From Histomonas meleagridis 2922-C6/04-290x (Eukaryota > Protista > Parabasalia): 64,000 bases of DNA. The notes beneath the pieces are model-generated. The model was not told the DNA's origin. It saw nothing but the letters and a program-made list of their open reading frames with translations, and made no database searches. The stretch is from assembly GCA_020184695.1 (NCBI GenBank), contig JAANOX010000052.1:124001-188000 (forward strand), given 5' to 3'. A program made the position numbers and the translations under genes. Positions 30,996 through 42,338 of this stretch are shown one piece after another (position 1 is the stretch's first letter; every line of letters begins with the position of its first letter).

Positions 30996-31709
30996 TTATG
31001 TAAAGATATCATTGTACCTATTCTTTTTTTCTTTTTTATGCCCATATTCATTTATGACTTTTCGGACATCTGGAGCTTTTAGACATAAATCAAGAATTGG
31101 AGGAAGCCAATCAATTAAAGCAGTGTCGTTCGGAGAACCAAACCATTTAGGGATGCGAATAGTATTGTTTGGGAAGTAACTTTTTGCAGATCTATTATCA
31201 TCGATCAAAATTAAATTTTGCTTTTTACGATTGAAAATACTTAAGTCTTTTTTAACACCTGCTGATTGAATCTCGCAAGAATCTCTAAACAACCTGTGAT
31301 CATAATCAACAAATGGACATATTTTATCAAGGATTGGATTTGCATAATTTTTTTCTCCATATGTAAAAACAAAAATTTCAAACTGCTCTTTCAACTTAGA
31401 GAGAAAATTATCGAGTCCCGGTCTTTTGAAGACATAAAAATCTCCAAAAGTAAAATAATCAATTTTTGGATGAGGTTGAATATTACAACAATGAATAAGA
31501 GTTTCATCTAGATCAAGTACAATGGTTTTTTTACCTTCGACAATGGGTGGAGGTTCATAAAATTCAACATCTTCCATTTTCCATGCATGGAGAATTGATG
31601 AAAAAGTCCATCTTTTTTTTGTCCTTAGTTTAACTTTAGGTGGTGGTGACTTAAATACTTCCAGAAAGTTTTGGGAAAGCTGGCGCTCTGTGAAGCATTG
31701 GTACTCCAT
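30996..31709 (-). CDS. CTD small phosphatase-like (NIF/FCP1-SCP, HAD)
   Basis: VLDLDETL, KRPG, ILIDD motifs. Confidence 0.9.
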   Translation of the reverse strand: MEYQCFTERQLSQNFLEVFKSPPPKVKLRTKKRWTFSSILHAWKMEDVEFYEPPPIVEGKKTIVLDLDETLIHCCNIQPHPKIDYFTFGDFYVFKRPGLDNFLSKLKEQFEIFVFTYGEKNYANPILDKICPFVDYDHRLFRDSCEIQSAGVKKDLSIFNRKKQNLILIDDNRSAKSYFPNNTIRIPKWFGSPNDTALIDWLPPILDLCLKAPDVRKVINEYGHKKEKKNRYNDIFT

Positions 31710-32089
31710 TTTTTGAGACTAAGAAATTCAGTTGCTTTGAAATTTGTAATTCACAAAACTAAAAATATTTTTTTAATTAAAGAATAATTACAAAAAATTT
31801 TAATCACACTTTGGGGGAAAAAAGAAAAGATAAAAAAGAATTTATTAAAGAATTCAACAAATCAAAAGATTAAAGAGAAATTGTTAGCCGATGAAGAAAA
31901 GGGTCGTAACGTCCATTTTACAACGGCAGATAATTATCTGATAATTGAAATTTGAATTGGCGAAATGTAAATCATTCAAAATGAGGCTTTGTTCGTCTTC
32001 TCCTTTTTGCTCCGGTATTTTTTGTGGTAGAACTCATATTAGTATTGTTTTTGAAGTGAGAACATTCAGTAATTTTGGAAATAAGTTCT

Positions 32090-32473
32090 TCATAGAACTA
32101 ATGAATAATCTGGATAATTCAAAATATTAGAATTTCCTTCAAATATACGCTTTTTCGGAACACAAAGCATTAGTATTAGTTTTTTAGGTTCCCCATTTGT
32201 GGATTCAATTTGGAATGCTCTTAGAATTAGATCACGATCAGAGAAAACAACAGCATCCAAGTTATTGTGTAACATTGAAACAGCTAGAGTTGGTAAAAAA
32301 GAACCTTCACCAAGTATAGCTATCGGTGAAGAAAATGTGAATACCATTGATTTATCAGAAGGCAAAAAGCCCAAAATTTTTAAAGGACCTGAAATACCTT
32401 TCACAACTATCACAGTTTTTAGTGAACCGAATGAAATGCTCACATTTTTATGTTGTGTTTGTTCCCCAAACAT
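32090..32473 (-). CDS. Hypothetical protein, 127 aa
   Basis: ATG ORF divergent from Rab; no recognised domain; 3' end uncertain. Confidence 0.5.
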   Translation of the reverse strand: MFGEQTQHKNVSISFGSLKTVIVVKGISGPLKILGFLPSDKSMVFTFSSPIAILGEGSFLPTLAVSMLHNNLDAVVFSDRDLILRAFQIESTNGEPKKLILMLCVPKKRIFEGNSNILNYPDYSLVL

Positions 32474-32539
32474 TGGCGTGGCAAAACCGCCGAATTATTT
32501 TGTGGAATATCGTACAATTAACGGTTATGACATTTATTG

Positions 32540-33154
32540 ATGAATACAAAGAGGTACGAACAATCTGTAAAAACGGTAATCGTTGGCGATTCTGGCGTTG
32601 GAAAAACTTGTATTCTCTCTCGCTTCGTTAGAGATGTTTTTGAGACAGATACCTCATCTACACTCGGCGTTGAATTTATGTCAAAAGTTATCGAAACAAA
32701 AAAGCGTAAAATTGAATTACAGTTATGGGATACTGCAGGACAAGAATTATTCAGATCAGTAACCAAAGCTTATTATCGTGGTTCAATTGGCGCGTTTATT
32801 GTTTTTGATCTTACAAAAAAGGAATCTTTCAATAATGTCCAACGTTGGTTAGCAGACGTAAAATCAACTGCAAGGCCAGATGTTGTTTGCGTTCTTGTTG
32901 GCAATAAAAGTGATTTAGTTAATGAACGTGATGTCACTTCTCAAGAGGCAGAACAATTTGCAAGCGAAAATAATATCCAATATTTCGAGACATCTGCTAA
33001 GACAGGTGATAACGTTGAGAAAGCAATGCTTTCTTGTCTCGACTCGATCGAAAAATTGATTGATGAAGGGAAACTTGATGGATCAATGGGTAATGACCCA
33101 ATTGAGTTCAGTGAAGAAAATCCTGCTGAGCAAACAAAAAAGCCTTGCTGTTAA
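32540..33154 (+). CDS. Rab GTPase (Rab2/4/11/14-like)
   Basis: GDSGVGKT, WDTAGQE, GNKSD, ETSAK, C-terminal CC. Confidence 0.95.
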   Translation: MNTKRYEQSVKTVIVGDSGVGKTCILSRFVRDVFETDTSSTLGVEFMSKVIETKKRKIELQLWDTAGQELFRSVTKAYYRGSIGAFIVFDLTKKESFNNVQRWLADVKSTARPDVVCVLVGNKSDLVNERDVTSQEAEQFASENNIQYFETSAKTGDNVEKAMLSCLDSIEKLIDEGKLDGSMGNDPIEFSEENPAEQTKKPCC

Positions 33155-33385
33155 ACCAATAAAATTCCTAAACATTTCTATTTCAAACGATACATTTTTG
33201 AATGCTTTTCGATCGAAATGTTCAGAATTATCCATCGCTCATCTTTCAAATTTCAATCGTTTCACATCAAAGAATTTTTACTTTTTTTTCTTTTTCTTCA
33301 TAAAAATTTTCTTTCTTCTTTTTTAAGCGAATAAAAATGTGAAATGATAAAATAAATTCGACAAAAAAATTTAAATAAAAGTATA

Positions 33386-35257
33386 TTAAATGTTTCTTTT
33401 ATATAATTTCATATTTTTAGATGAATATACTTCTTTCCAATCACTTCCTTCCTTTATCATTCTTTCATTTTCGCCCACACAATTCAAAGCATATAACACT
33501 TTTGGTGCTATATATTTATTATTTTGGTTAGCAAGCAAATTATTTAATTCTTTTTCTTTATCGCTTGCATCAAATCCAACCGAATTTGCGATTGCATTAC
33601 TCACAACAAACGACTGTTTACCGCCAAGCACAGCGACTGTGTCGTAGTTACTATTTGTAGTTACGAACACTGATTTTATTGGCGTGTTATCAGCGATCCA
33701 TTTAGCGACATCGAATTTTTCTTGATCGAATATTTGTTTCTGCGAATCCTTAAGTCGCTTGAATCCTAACAATGTTGAAACCAACGACAAAACATAAATC
33801 AACGAAAGAATCCCAATAACAAACCCTTTAAGTTCAGCGTTTTTAATTCTTTTCGATATATTATAAAATATTTTTATGATTACAATCGATGATATTGTCA
33901 TCCAAAATGGATAAAAAACAAAAACATTTTGCGCATTAATGAATTGAAATGTAAAGAGATTTCCGATAATAAATATAACAAAAGATGAGATATACAATGG
34001 CTTAAGCTTCTTGCCAACATAAAACCAGCCTAAAAAAATGGAAATAAATGGTAACACACCTAACGCTTCATACCACACTTGAAGATTTGGAAAGTATGAG
34101 CCTTGAAGCATGACTTCATGTGAAAATGTTTTCCTTCGAATCAAACTAAGCCGATTCGATCGTGGAATATAATGAAGTAATGGAAATGCTCCAACAACTC
34201 CAAACGATATTAATAATATGAGAATTTGCTTTTGGTAATTTAACCATTCTTTCTTATTCTGATATGGAAATCGGAGTAAAAAATAAACAATAAGATATAT
34301 TACCATACAAAAGAAGACTTGGTGTTGAATAGCAGGCAAAAGACCTGTTACTATTCCAATAAAAATCATTTCGTTCATTGAAATATTTTTCAATGATAAA
34401 ACGATCATAACCGCTAAGATACAACTTAATGAAAGTTGTGATGGACGATGTGCAAAGATATATTGAAGAATTGGATGTAACCATTGTGTTCGATATTTGC
34501 CATTTTCGGAAACAAAATTGAGGTTTTTGTCATTTCGTGGCTCTTTTTCAAACCAACTCCAAAAACCATAACCACCGGAGAAAAGGAACAAAATTAGAGT
34601 CAGTATAGGAAGGAATTTCCCTTTGAGATAAATGTGTGATAAATATAACATTTGATAACATATTGAGAAAAACATTAAAAATGATGGAACTAAAAAAGCA
34701 ATTTTATCACTGGCAAATCCGATCTTAAGCATTGCAGAATGAACTGCAGTGAGCCATTTACTATATGAATGACATTTGTAACAAATTGGATTTCTGATTT
34801 TGAAGATATTGACAAAGCCACTATTTACACCTTGATAAAAGGAGTTTGTAAGAGCAAATTCTTCTGTAAAATCTTTTTCAATTAATGAATTACAGCTTCC
34901 AAATTCTTTAAAATACATTCTTGGAGTAAAATAAAAAGAAAGAACAATTGAAACCGAAATAAAAATAATGTTTATAATTGTTGGTTTTGGAATTAAAAAT
35001 CTTTCTTTTGTTTTCTTCATATTTCTTAAACGAATTATGAATCCGCCAACAAAAAGAGCTGAAGTATGAACTAATAAGTTGAATTTGGAAAAGCGAAGAT
35101 AAAATGAACACAAATAAAATATCAATGTTGATAAACCAAATCCAATTGGAATTCCAATTGACATAATTGCATATGTACATATTACTGATTGAAGCAAAAA
35201 ATATGTAAGTTGGAATCCGAAATATAATTGGCTGCAAACAAGTGCAACCCAAAGCAT
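33386..35257 (-). CDS. Polytopic membrane protein, possible GT-C-fold glycosyltransferase
   Basis: About 12 hydrophobic segments with a large early loop and a soluble C-terminal domain (KWIADNTP..SVF); family assignment is inference. Confidence 0.6.
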   Translation of the reverse strand: MLWVALVCSQLYFGFQLTYFLLQSVICTYAIMSIGIPIGFGLSTLIFYLCSFYLRFSKFNLLVHTSALFVGGFIIRLRNMKKTKERFLIPKPTIINIIFISVSIVLSFYFTPRMYFKEFGSCNSLIEKDFTEEFALTNSFYQGVNSGFVNIFKIRNPICYKCHSYSKWLTAVHSAMLKIGFASDKIAFLVPSFLMFFSICYQMLYLSHIYLKGKFLPILTLILFLFSGGYGFWSWFEKEPRNDKNLNFVSENGKYRTQWLHPILQYIFAHRPSQLSLSCILAVMIVLSLKNISMNEMIFIGIVTGLLPAIQHQVFFCMVIYLIVYFLLRFPYQNKKEWLNYQKQILILLISFGVVGAFPLLHYIPRSNRLSLIRRKTFSHEVMLQGSYFPNLQVWYEALGVLPFISIFLGWFYVGKKLKPLYISSFVIFIIGNLFTFQFINAQNVFVFYPFWMTISSIVIIKIFYNISKRIKNAELKGFVIGILSLIYVLSLVSTLLGFKRLKDSQKQIFDQEKFDVAKWIADNTPIKSVFVTTNSNYDTVAVLGGKQSFVVSNAIANSVGFDASDKEKELNNLLANQNNKYIAPKVLYALNCVGENERMIKEGSDWKEVYSSKNMKLYKRNI

Positions 35258-35592
35258 CTGAAACTAATGCAAACAAACATTGTGAAATTTAATAAAAATT
35301 AGACAAAACATTCATCTTTCTTCCTAACAGCTCATAAAAATAACATGAAACCCAAGTAAAAACAATGCGTTTTTTAAAAATTTTCTTATTCTAGAACAGC
35401 GTTTATAATTAAAAGTAAAAAATCATTATAATCTAATCTTGATTCCATATTTTAGAAACAAAAAGCATAAGTTCATTATATAACAGGTAACTTGTTACCT
35501 GATAATTAAACCTCGTATAGGTGGTTGAAGACAGAACTCAAAAAACAGCTTTTAAACAATTTCAAAAAGAGCGGTTAACTGCCCAAACAAGG

Positions 35593-36951
35593 ATGTTTGC
35601 ATGTTCTTTGCTGTTTGCAATCGCAACATCAATCAATGTGAAATACGCGACACTAGAAGAAGCTAAGGAAGCTTGTAATAAAGGATTTACTTATGTATTG
35701 GCTTCCTCATCTCAATCATTTGAATTTCCAGCTCTTGTGAATCATTTTACAAACGCTGCCCATGCTTCAAAAATCGATGGATTTTTCTATATCATTGATT
35801 TAGCACAAACACCAATTCAACCAAGTGATTTGAATGCAACTCATTTCCCATGTGTTGTATTTGGAAGTGAGGGAATGTTCAAAAATGTCCAGTACAATGG
35901 AATTGAAGAAGAATACATTAATGCTTTCATGAGCACAAATGCTGTTTCAAAACCAAAAGTAATCAAAACCAAAGAAGAATTAAATCAATTATATAGCACT
36001 TCCTCAATTGCCCTTATTGTTGCCTTTGAGGGAGCCTCACCAGAAACATATCCAACCTTTTCAGATTTTTATATCAATCATTATCATGAATTAACCGTCG
36101 TTTATGCAGATCCATCACTCTTCGAAAAGCCTGGATTTTACCTTTACCGTTACGTTGACTCCGTTCTTGTTGAACTTCCAGACTTAACAGAAATGAGCGA
36201 TCGCGATATTCCACAAGTTCTCAATAGAAACCTCTTCCCTGAGTTCTTGAAGCTTAATGGTGCTGTTATTGGCCAATACGAACGTGAGAAGCAGATCTAT
36301 GTTGTTCTCATGCTTGTTATGGAAGATTTCTATCTTTCCAAAGAACAGCTTGAACTCGCAAGAAAGATCAAAGAAGAGACAGGACTCAATGTCACTTATT
36401 GTGACGTAGAAAACAGTCAAATTCTTTCCTTTAGATATGGACTTCCAGATTCATTAGATTCAACACTCGCAGTTATTGATCATAGCAAAGACCGCGAGCT
36501 CAAGTACATGTTAAAGGACCAACTCAATCTTGACAACGCGCTCAAACTTATTGACGATGTCAAAGAAGGCCGCGCAACTCCATTCTGGAAATCTGAATTT
36601 GAGTTAATCAAGTCAAACGACAACTTGACATCTGTAACAGCGAACTCTTTGCTCGAAATGATTGAAGCCAAAGATACATTTGTTATTGTATTGTATCAAG
36701 TTGCTTATGAGACTCTTGATGCCTACATAAATGCCACACAAATCCTTAAGCCGGAACACAAGGACGTTACATTTGGAAAGTTCTCCTTAAGATACAACGA
36801 TTGGCCAATCGATTTGCCAAAGTCAAGTGAAGTTCCTTACTATATGGTATTCGTTAAAGGAAAGAACGTTTATGAGGGAACGATAGAAAATACAGCAGAG
36901 GCAATTGTCCAGAAGTTAACGGAAGCCTTGAACGTTAACCAAGAGCTATAA
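35593..36951 (+). CDS. ER thioredoxin-fold (PDI-like, no CXXC) protein
   Basis: Signal peptide from ATG 35593, Trx-like b/b' segments, KDEL-like C-terminus NQEL. Confidence 0.7.
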   Translation: MFACSLLFAIATSINVKYATLEEAKEACNKGFTYVLASSSQSFEFPALVNHFTNAAHASKIDGFFYIIDLAQTPIQPSDLNATHFPCVVFGSEGMFKNVQYNGIEEEYINAFMSTNAVSKPKVIKTKEELNQLYSTSSIALIVAFEGASPETYPTFSDFYINHYHELTVVYADPSLFEKPGFYLYRYVDSVLVELPDLTEMSDRDIPQVLNRNLFPEFLKLNGAVIGQYEREKQIYVVLMLVMEDFYLSKEQLELARKIKEETGLNVTYCDVENSQILSFRYGLPDSLDSTLAVIDHSKDRELKYMLKDQLNLDNALKLIDDVKEGRATPFWKSEFELIKSNDNLTSVTANSLLEMIEAKDTFVIVLYQVAYETLDAYINATQILKPEHKDVTFGKFSLRYNDWPIDLPKSSEVPYYMVFVKGKNVYEGTIENTAEAIVQKLTEALNVNQEL

Positions 36952-37049
36952 AAAATCAATTGGCTAGTTTACTTGTTTTTTGAAATTATCGTTCCTCTGA
37001 GGCCAAATTACTCAATTGAAAAGGGTAAAAATGGCTTCATTTCAAAGAA

Positions 37050-37622
37050 ATGGGTTTGTGGGATTGGCTGATGAGCTTTTTCGAATGGCTTGGCCTCAAA
37101 AATAAAACAGGAAAGCTCCTGTTTTTGGGTTTGGATGACGCTGGAAAAACTACATTAATGCAAATGCTTAAAACAGGTAAATTTATGCAATATGACCAAA
37201 CAAAAACCTATACCGTGGAAAACCTTACAATCGAAAAAATCAGCTTCTCTGCTTACGATCTTGGAGGTCACGAAATAGCACGTGAAAGTTGGGAACAATA
37301 TTATATGGATGTAAGTGCTATTGTTTTCATCGTTGATGCTGCAAACCCAGCAAGATTTGCTGAGGCAAAAGTAGAGTTTGATAAATTACTTGCAAATGAA
37401 ACAATTAGAAATACGCCAATTCTTGTTCTTGGTAATAAGATTGACAAAGAAACTGCTGTTTCTGAAATAGAATTAGCAAATGCACTTGGCATATTCAACC
37501 AAACACCAGAAAATGTAACCTCAGTTCCACCTGGTGTTAGACCATTAAGAATTTTTATGTGCTCGATCAAAAACAAATCAGGTTTTGCCCCAGGATTCAA
37601 ATGGGTTGCTAAATTCATCTAA
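37050..37622 (+). CDS. SAR1: Sar1 small GTPase
   Basis: MGLWDW..., LFLGLDDAGKTT, DLGGH, GNKID, MCSI.....F.WV. Confidence 0.95.
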   Translation: MGLWDWLMSFFEWLGLKNKTGKLLFLGLDDAGKTTLMQMLKTGKFMQYDQTKTYTVENLTIEKISFSAYDLGGHEIARESWEQYYMDVSAIVFIVDAANPARFAEAKVEFDKLLANETIRNTPILVLGNKIDKETAVSEIELANALGIFNQTPENVTSVPPGVRPLRIFMCSIKNKSGFAPGFKWVAKFI

Positions 37623-38018
37623 ACACAATAATTTTTCAAAATTTTTCGCAAGTGTGGGTTTTAAACGGTCTCAATTTTCACGCAAACGATAGGAAAATTC
37701 AATAATCATGAAACCGTTTTCTCAGAAAAGAGCCATCGTCATTTTGGGAATTGGTGATTTGTAATAAAAAATTAAACTGCATAAACATTTTCAAGCAGTA
37801 AACCAGTAAAGTATTTTGATAATTTAATTATGGGTAAATTTTTGTTTGTTTGTTTGTTTTTTTTTTTTTAGACAAATGTCTTAGCAAAGTAATGAATTTC
37901 TTTGGCCAAGTAACAGAAGACAAGAAAAAACTCCAAAACTCAAAATCGACACATGAACAAAAACATTTATAAACTATTTTTATTTAATCCACAATCGCAA
38001 TTATAATTATTATCTTCA

Positions 38019-40079
38019 TCAATAAAATGGTTTTTGTGTATGATATTGTTTTCTTCTTATGTTAATAGTATTTCTTCTTTGCATCGAATGAATTGCCTTT
38101 TCTATTTGTTGCTGCTGTTGTTCATTATTCGTTTCTTCATCTTCCTCATTTATCGGCTCATTCACAACTTGTTCTTTCGGCGTTTCTATTGGATGAAACG
38201 GAATATCTGTGGGCGGCGTAACGGTCGTCGTTGTGACCTGAAGTGGAGTTGTTGAAGAGAACTTAGAAATCAAAAATTTACAATGAGAATTCATCGCTAT
38301 TGCTAAAGGATGTGCGGTTTGTGCAGCATTTATGTCGGCGCCCATTGCTAATAATGCATTAACTGCACTAATGTTCTTGAAATATGTTGCATACGAGAGA
38401 GCACTCCATCCATTTGCATCAAGGCGATTGATTTGTCGTGAGTTCATACAAATTATAACTATTAATAATGGATTTCCAACACATGCAGCAGCATGGATTG
38501 GAAGAAAACGACCTGAGAGCTTACGGCCTAAGTTGTCATAGAGAGCAGCGACAAGAAGATCGAGTGGATTTTGTTCAGATATTGCTTTGAATGGATTTGG
38601 TACGGAATCAAGCTTTTGAAGGTACTGTTTGTCTACGTACTTCTTACGGATGAAGGCATCGCGCTCCTCTCGGCTTTGGACTTCGGTAATTTTTTCATTG
38701 CCAACATTAAATTCGTAATATTTGTTAAGTGGATTGTTGGGATAAAGCTCGAGAAGACGAAGGTTGTATGGGTTGATTGTATCTAACTTAAGTGAACGAA
38801 CTACTGAGACATTTGCTATCGCACGATGAACACCAGCACATTGATCGCAAAGAGTCATATTTCGGTTCATAAGAAGCCAATTGGCATCTTGTTTACCACA
38901 ATCTGCGCAATAATGTGGGGCATCTTTATGACAAAGAGATGCTGATCGTTTTTTGGGTGGACCACTTAGTACTTCAGCTATTCCTCCTTGGATTGCGGCG
39001 ACCCACTCATCAAGGTCATATTGAGAAGGGGCTTGTAGCACGAAGATTTTATCCTTTGTGATCAGGTTAAAAACGTACGCGCGGTCTTCGGTTGTATTGA
39101 AATTAATTGAGACGAATTGAAGGGGTATTGAAAGTGAGGGGTTATGAGCGGTTTCCGGCGAAAGTGACGCGCTAATTGTCCCATTCATACAAACAAAGAA
39201 ATACTTCTCCCATGTCTTGGTAAGTTTGCCTCGCTTACGCCAAAGGTATCCCTGCTTAGATTTGGTCTCGCTTGTAAATGGATTATTAAGATTTTCAAGT
39301 TGTCCGGGTATCTTTGATATAACAATGTCACGATTGATTTTACTTTGGGCATCAAGAGCAACAAGATCGGCTTGGGCATTATGACTGTCTTTGAGAACAA
39401 TTTCACATGCTTCTTTCGTATCACGTAATGACTCTGTCGTCGCGTTTACTAGACTGAGAGCAAAAGAAGTGAAAAAGGCACCAATTGTATTGTTGATTTT
39501 TGCTTCTGTTTCATCAATGGATGTTACAAAATCGAAAAACGATAAACACGATGATTCATATGCTTTTGTATATTCTGAATATTTGTCGCTTTTTGGTTGT
39601 TTGCCTTTTCGAGGAACTGCAAGATATCGTTCTTGAGCTGCGTAATATTTATCTAATTCTCGGGCTTGTGCTTTTTGAGCTTCAATGAATGAAGGAAACT
39701 CTTTTTTAACAAACCTTTTCAGTTCGTTTTTGTTTTCATCTTCAGTTTTTTGGAAATGTGATTGTAAACTTTTAGATACTTCAAGAATAGAAGAAACCAA
39801 TTTCCTGTAACTTGAATTAGTACAAATTAATTCGAAGCTATCAAACCCATTTGCAATGTCGTTGATGTTTTGGCATAATTGGAAACCTGTTTGAGTATAT
39901 TGTCGAACTAATTTTGATATCTTTTTCAGTTGATTTCCAAGTTGATAAACTTGTTGGTAGCGCTCTTGGTGCTCCATAATAAACATAGGGTTATTGTGTA
40001 GATTTGCAAAAGGCAGTGGATCAAAAGACATCTTTGTTTGTTTATGGGTTGTAAGTGTCAGATCCGTTGGTATCGGCAT
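38019..40079 (-). CDS. BAR-PH-ArfGAP-ankyrin protein (ACAP/centaurin-beta-like)
   Basis: KQGYLWRKR...WEKYFF PH domain; CADC..16..CDQCAGVHR ArfGAP Zn finger; ankyrins. Start may be 40031. Confidence 0.9.
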   Translation of the reverse strand: MPIPTDLTLTTHKQTKMSFDPLPFANLHNNPMFIMEHQERYQQVYQLGNQLKKISKLVRQYTQTGFQLCQNINDIANGFDSFELICTNSSYRKLVSSILEVSKSLQSHFQKTEDENKNELKRFVKKEFPSFIEAQKAQARELDKYYAAQERYLAVPRKGKQPKSDKYSEYTKAYESSCLSFFDFVTSIDETEAKINNTIGAFFTSFALSLVNATTESLRDTKEACEIVLKDSHNAQADLVALDAQSKINRDIVISKIPGQLENLNNPFTSETKSKQGYLWRKRGKLTKTWEKYFFVCMNGTISASLSPETAHNPSLSIPLQFVSINFNTTEDRAYVFNLITKDKIFVLQAPSQYDLDEWVAAIQGGIAEVLSGPPKKRSASLCHKDAPHYCADCGKQDANWLLMNRNMTLCDQCAGVHRAIANVSVVRSLKLDTINPYNLRLLELYPNNPLNKYYEFNVGNEKITEVQSREERDAFIRKKYVDKQYLQKLDSVPNPFKAISEQNPLDLLVAALYDNLGRKLSGRFLPIHAAACVGNPLLIVIICMNSRQINRLDANGWSALSYATYFKNISAVNALLAMGADINAAQTAHPLAIAMNSHCKFLISKFSSTTPLQVTTTTVTPPTDIPFHPIETPKEQVVNEPINEEDEETNNEQQQQQIEKAIHSMQRRNTINIRRKQYHTQKPFY

Positions 40080-40878
40080 TGTGAAAATTCAATGGCGACT
40101 GCGGCTAATAAAGCCAAATATCTGTAGCATTAATGTTTCTCAAAAAAACTGTAATCTATCTTGAGTAATGCATTATTTCCTTATAAAAATAAAAAAGCCC
40201 AGGAATATAGAAAAGAATTACATAAATAGATTTTTTTTACTTACAAATATAATTTATAAATCAATTGATGAATCATCATGAAATATACATATTATGTTAA
40301 TTGCAAGTAAAACTAATTATAGTTTCAACTTATTGCTTTTAAAACAAAAACTAAAGACTTTTGATCATTTCCAAAAGTCATTTTGTGAAAATTTGAATTC
40401 TGGAAAAACATCATCAAAAAAGTGACATAATTTTACAAATGAAAAATTAAATTAACACAGAAATCTCTTTATTAATTATTTGCAATTCGAGCACCGGAAC
40501 AACTTTTATTTATCAGCTGAAGTATCTACCCATTTTTTTCTAGTTTTTCTTTCCAATGATTATTGACCATTTTTTTCTATAGTTTTGTGTACACTGTAAA
40601 CAACTCCCACACAAGTGCCAACACTGAAGTCAGTTCATACCCAACATTTAGCATGAAATAACACATCAAAAAAAAATAACAAATAACAAATAATTCCATT
40701 TAGAAATTGACCATCCTAAACTCATTCATTTCATCATCTAAGCAATCCAATTAACTTGTACGCACTAACACATAACACACAAAGACTCTTGCACAAATCC
40801 TGCCTCAGCTGGAGTTAGCCTTCGGAACGGTTAACGGTTATATGCGTTATCTGCCTCAAATTTGAATTTATTTAGTCT

Positions 40879-41784
40879 ATGGAAAAGGAAAAAGAACCGA
40901 ACCAAGCCAAATCAAACATAATAACATCAAAGCTTCAATCATCGTCTTTGTTGCTTAATTGTACAAACGAGCGTGCTACAAACATGTTTAAACATCTTTT
41001 AATTCACATTCAACAATATTTGAATAATTCATCAGAAGGAAAACCTACAACACAATTACAGAAGCCAAAAGAAAAGCCAAAGGTAGCTTCTCATCCGAAT
41101 AATCAAACAAAAAAATCAAATCAAAATCAACAAAAATCTCAATCTTCCCCAAAAACTCCAAAAAAACAACCTATTCGTACTTCCCTAATCACCGCAAGTC
41201 CTCTTCCATACCAAATACAGATGCCACCAGTCAAGCGAATCAAAACTCCAGATTGGATCGAAAATAAAGAGCCTATATCACCACAAATTTCACAAGAATC
41301 AAGTCCACTTGTCCCTTTTGAAGAGTTCAACTTTGTAAAAGAGCATCAAATGATTGAATTATTTGAAGCTCGAATCATATCAGGAATCGAAGAAGATTTC
41401 TACCACCCTGCACAGGCTAGAGACCTTGCTGCAGAGTCGTTTGACGTCGTCATGACCAAAGAAGAGACAGAAAAAAGTGATCGATATCAATGCACAATGC
41501 TTCCAGAAAAGACTCCTTTGTTTTGGCCAGAGCGAGTTTGGGACACTCCAGAGTCAATGATGACCGAAGAGGAGTCTAACAGTCTGAAATCAGAAATCGA
41601 GACAATTAATATATTGCCGAAAGAATTCCCAAAACCACCGCCGCCAAGGTCGCCAACGCCATCGCAACACAAAAGATCACATAGTTCAAATACAAAGCGA
41701 TCCAGACATAATTTTGTTGTACAGATTCAATTTGGATCAATTGATACAGATGACGATGACTTCACAGACTTTTCCGATTTTTAG
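40879..41784 (+). CDS. Hypothetical low-complexity protein, 301 aa
   Basis: Long ATG ORF, Pro/Ser/Gln-rich. Confidence 0.65.
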   Translation: MEKEKEPNQAKSNIITSKLQSSSLLLNCTNERATNMFKHLLIHIQQYLNNSSEGKPTTQLQKPKEKPKVASHPNNQTKKSNQNQQKSQSSPKTPKKQPIRTSLITASPLPYQIQMPPVKRIKTPDWIENKEPISPQISQESSPLVPFEEFNFVKEHQMIELFEARIISGIEEDFYHPAQARDLAAESFDVVMTKEETEKSDRYQCTMLPEKTPLFWPERVWDTPESMMTEEESNSLKSEIETINILPKEFPKPPPPRSPTPSQHKRSHSSNTKRSRHNFVVQIQFGSIDTDDDDFTDFSDF

Positions 41785-42338
41785 TGTGTTTGAAATTTGA
41801 AATATATTTCTTACGCCAAACAATAGATTTTGTTGTTCATAAGGAGAAAATGAATTACATGTTTTTTTGTAAATTTTTCATCTAGTTCAGATATTTGTAA
41901 ACTCTTTTTATATTTTTTTGAATCTTTTTTGCTGGAATCTAAAATATATTGATTAAAATGATGAAAAATTTGGAATATGTCCGTAAAAAGATTATGTAAG
42001 TTGATGCTCCAAAAAGAAAGTAGGAAATAACATGGAAAATGATAAATATGTTGCAATTATGAAGTATTTGATAAATAATTTAACGAAATAGTTCACCATA
42101 GTTCGAGTTTAGAACAACAAATAAGGTAATGAATGTAAGTAGAGAAAGTGTTCTAGTGTGCCTAGCTTCATGAAACATTGTTAAAATTTTGTGTCATGAA
42201 TAAGACAATGTTTATCTCTTTAGTCTTCGACATGACAAAGTTTCATACATTGAATTGTAAGAGTGCAAGTAATGTTAGCAGTATTAAAATATTAAAATGA
42301 AAGAATTTAATTTTATTGACATGTTATGTGAAATTATC

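Noticed and set aside
31972-32100. Coding-looking frame (FYEELISK...AKRRRRTKPHFE*) downstream of the 127-aa ORF
   Set aside because: It is preceded by a TAG, and no convincing donor/branch combination joins it in frame; left unannotated.
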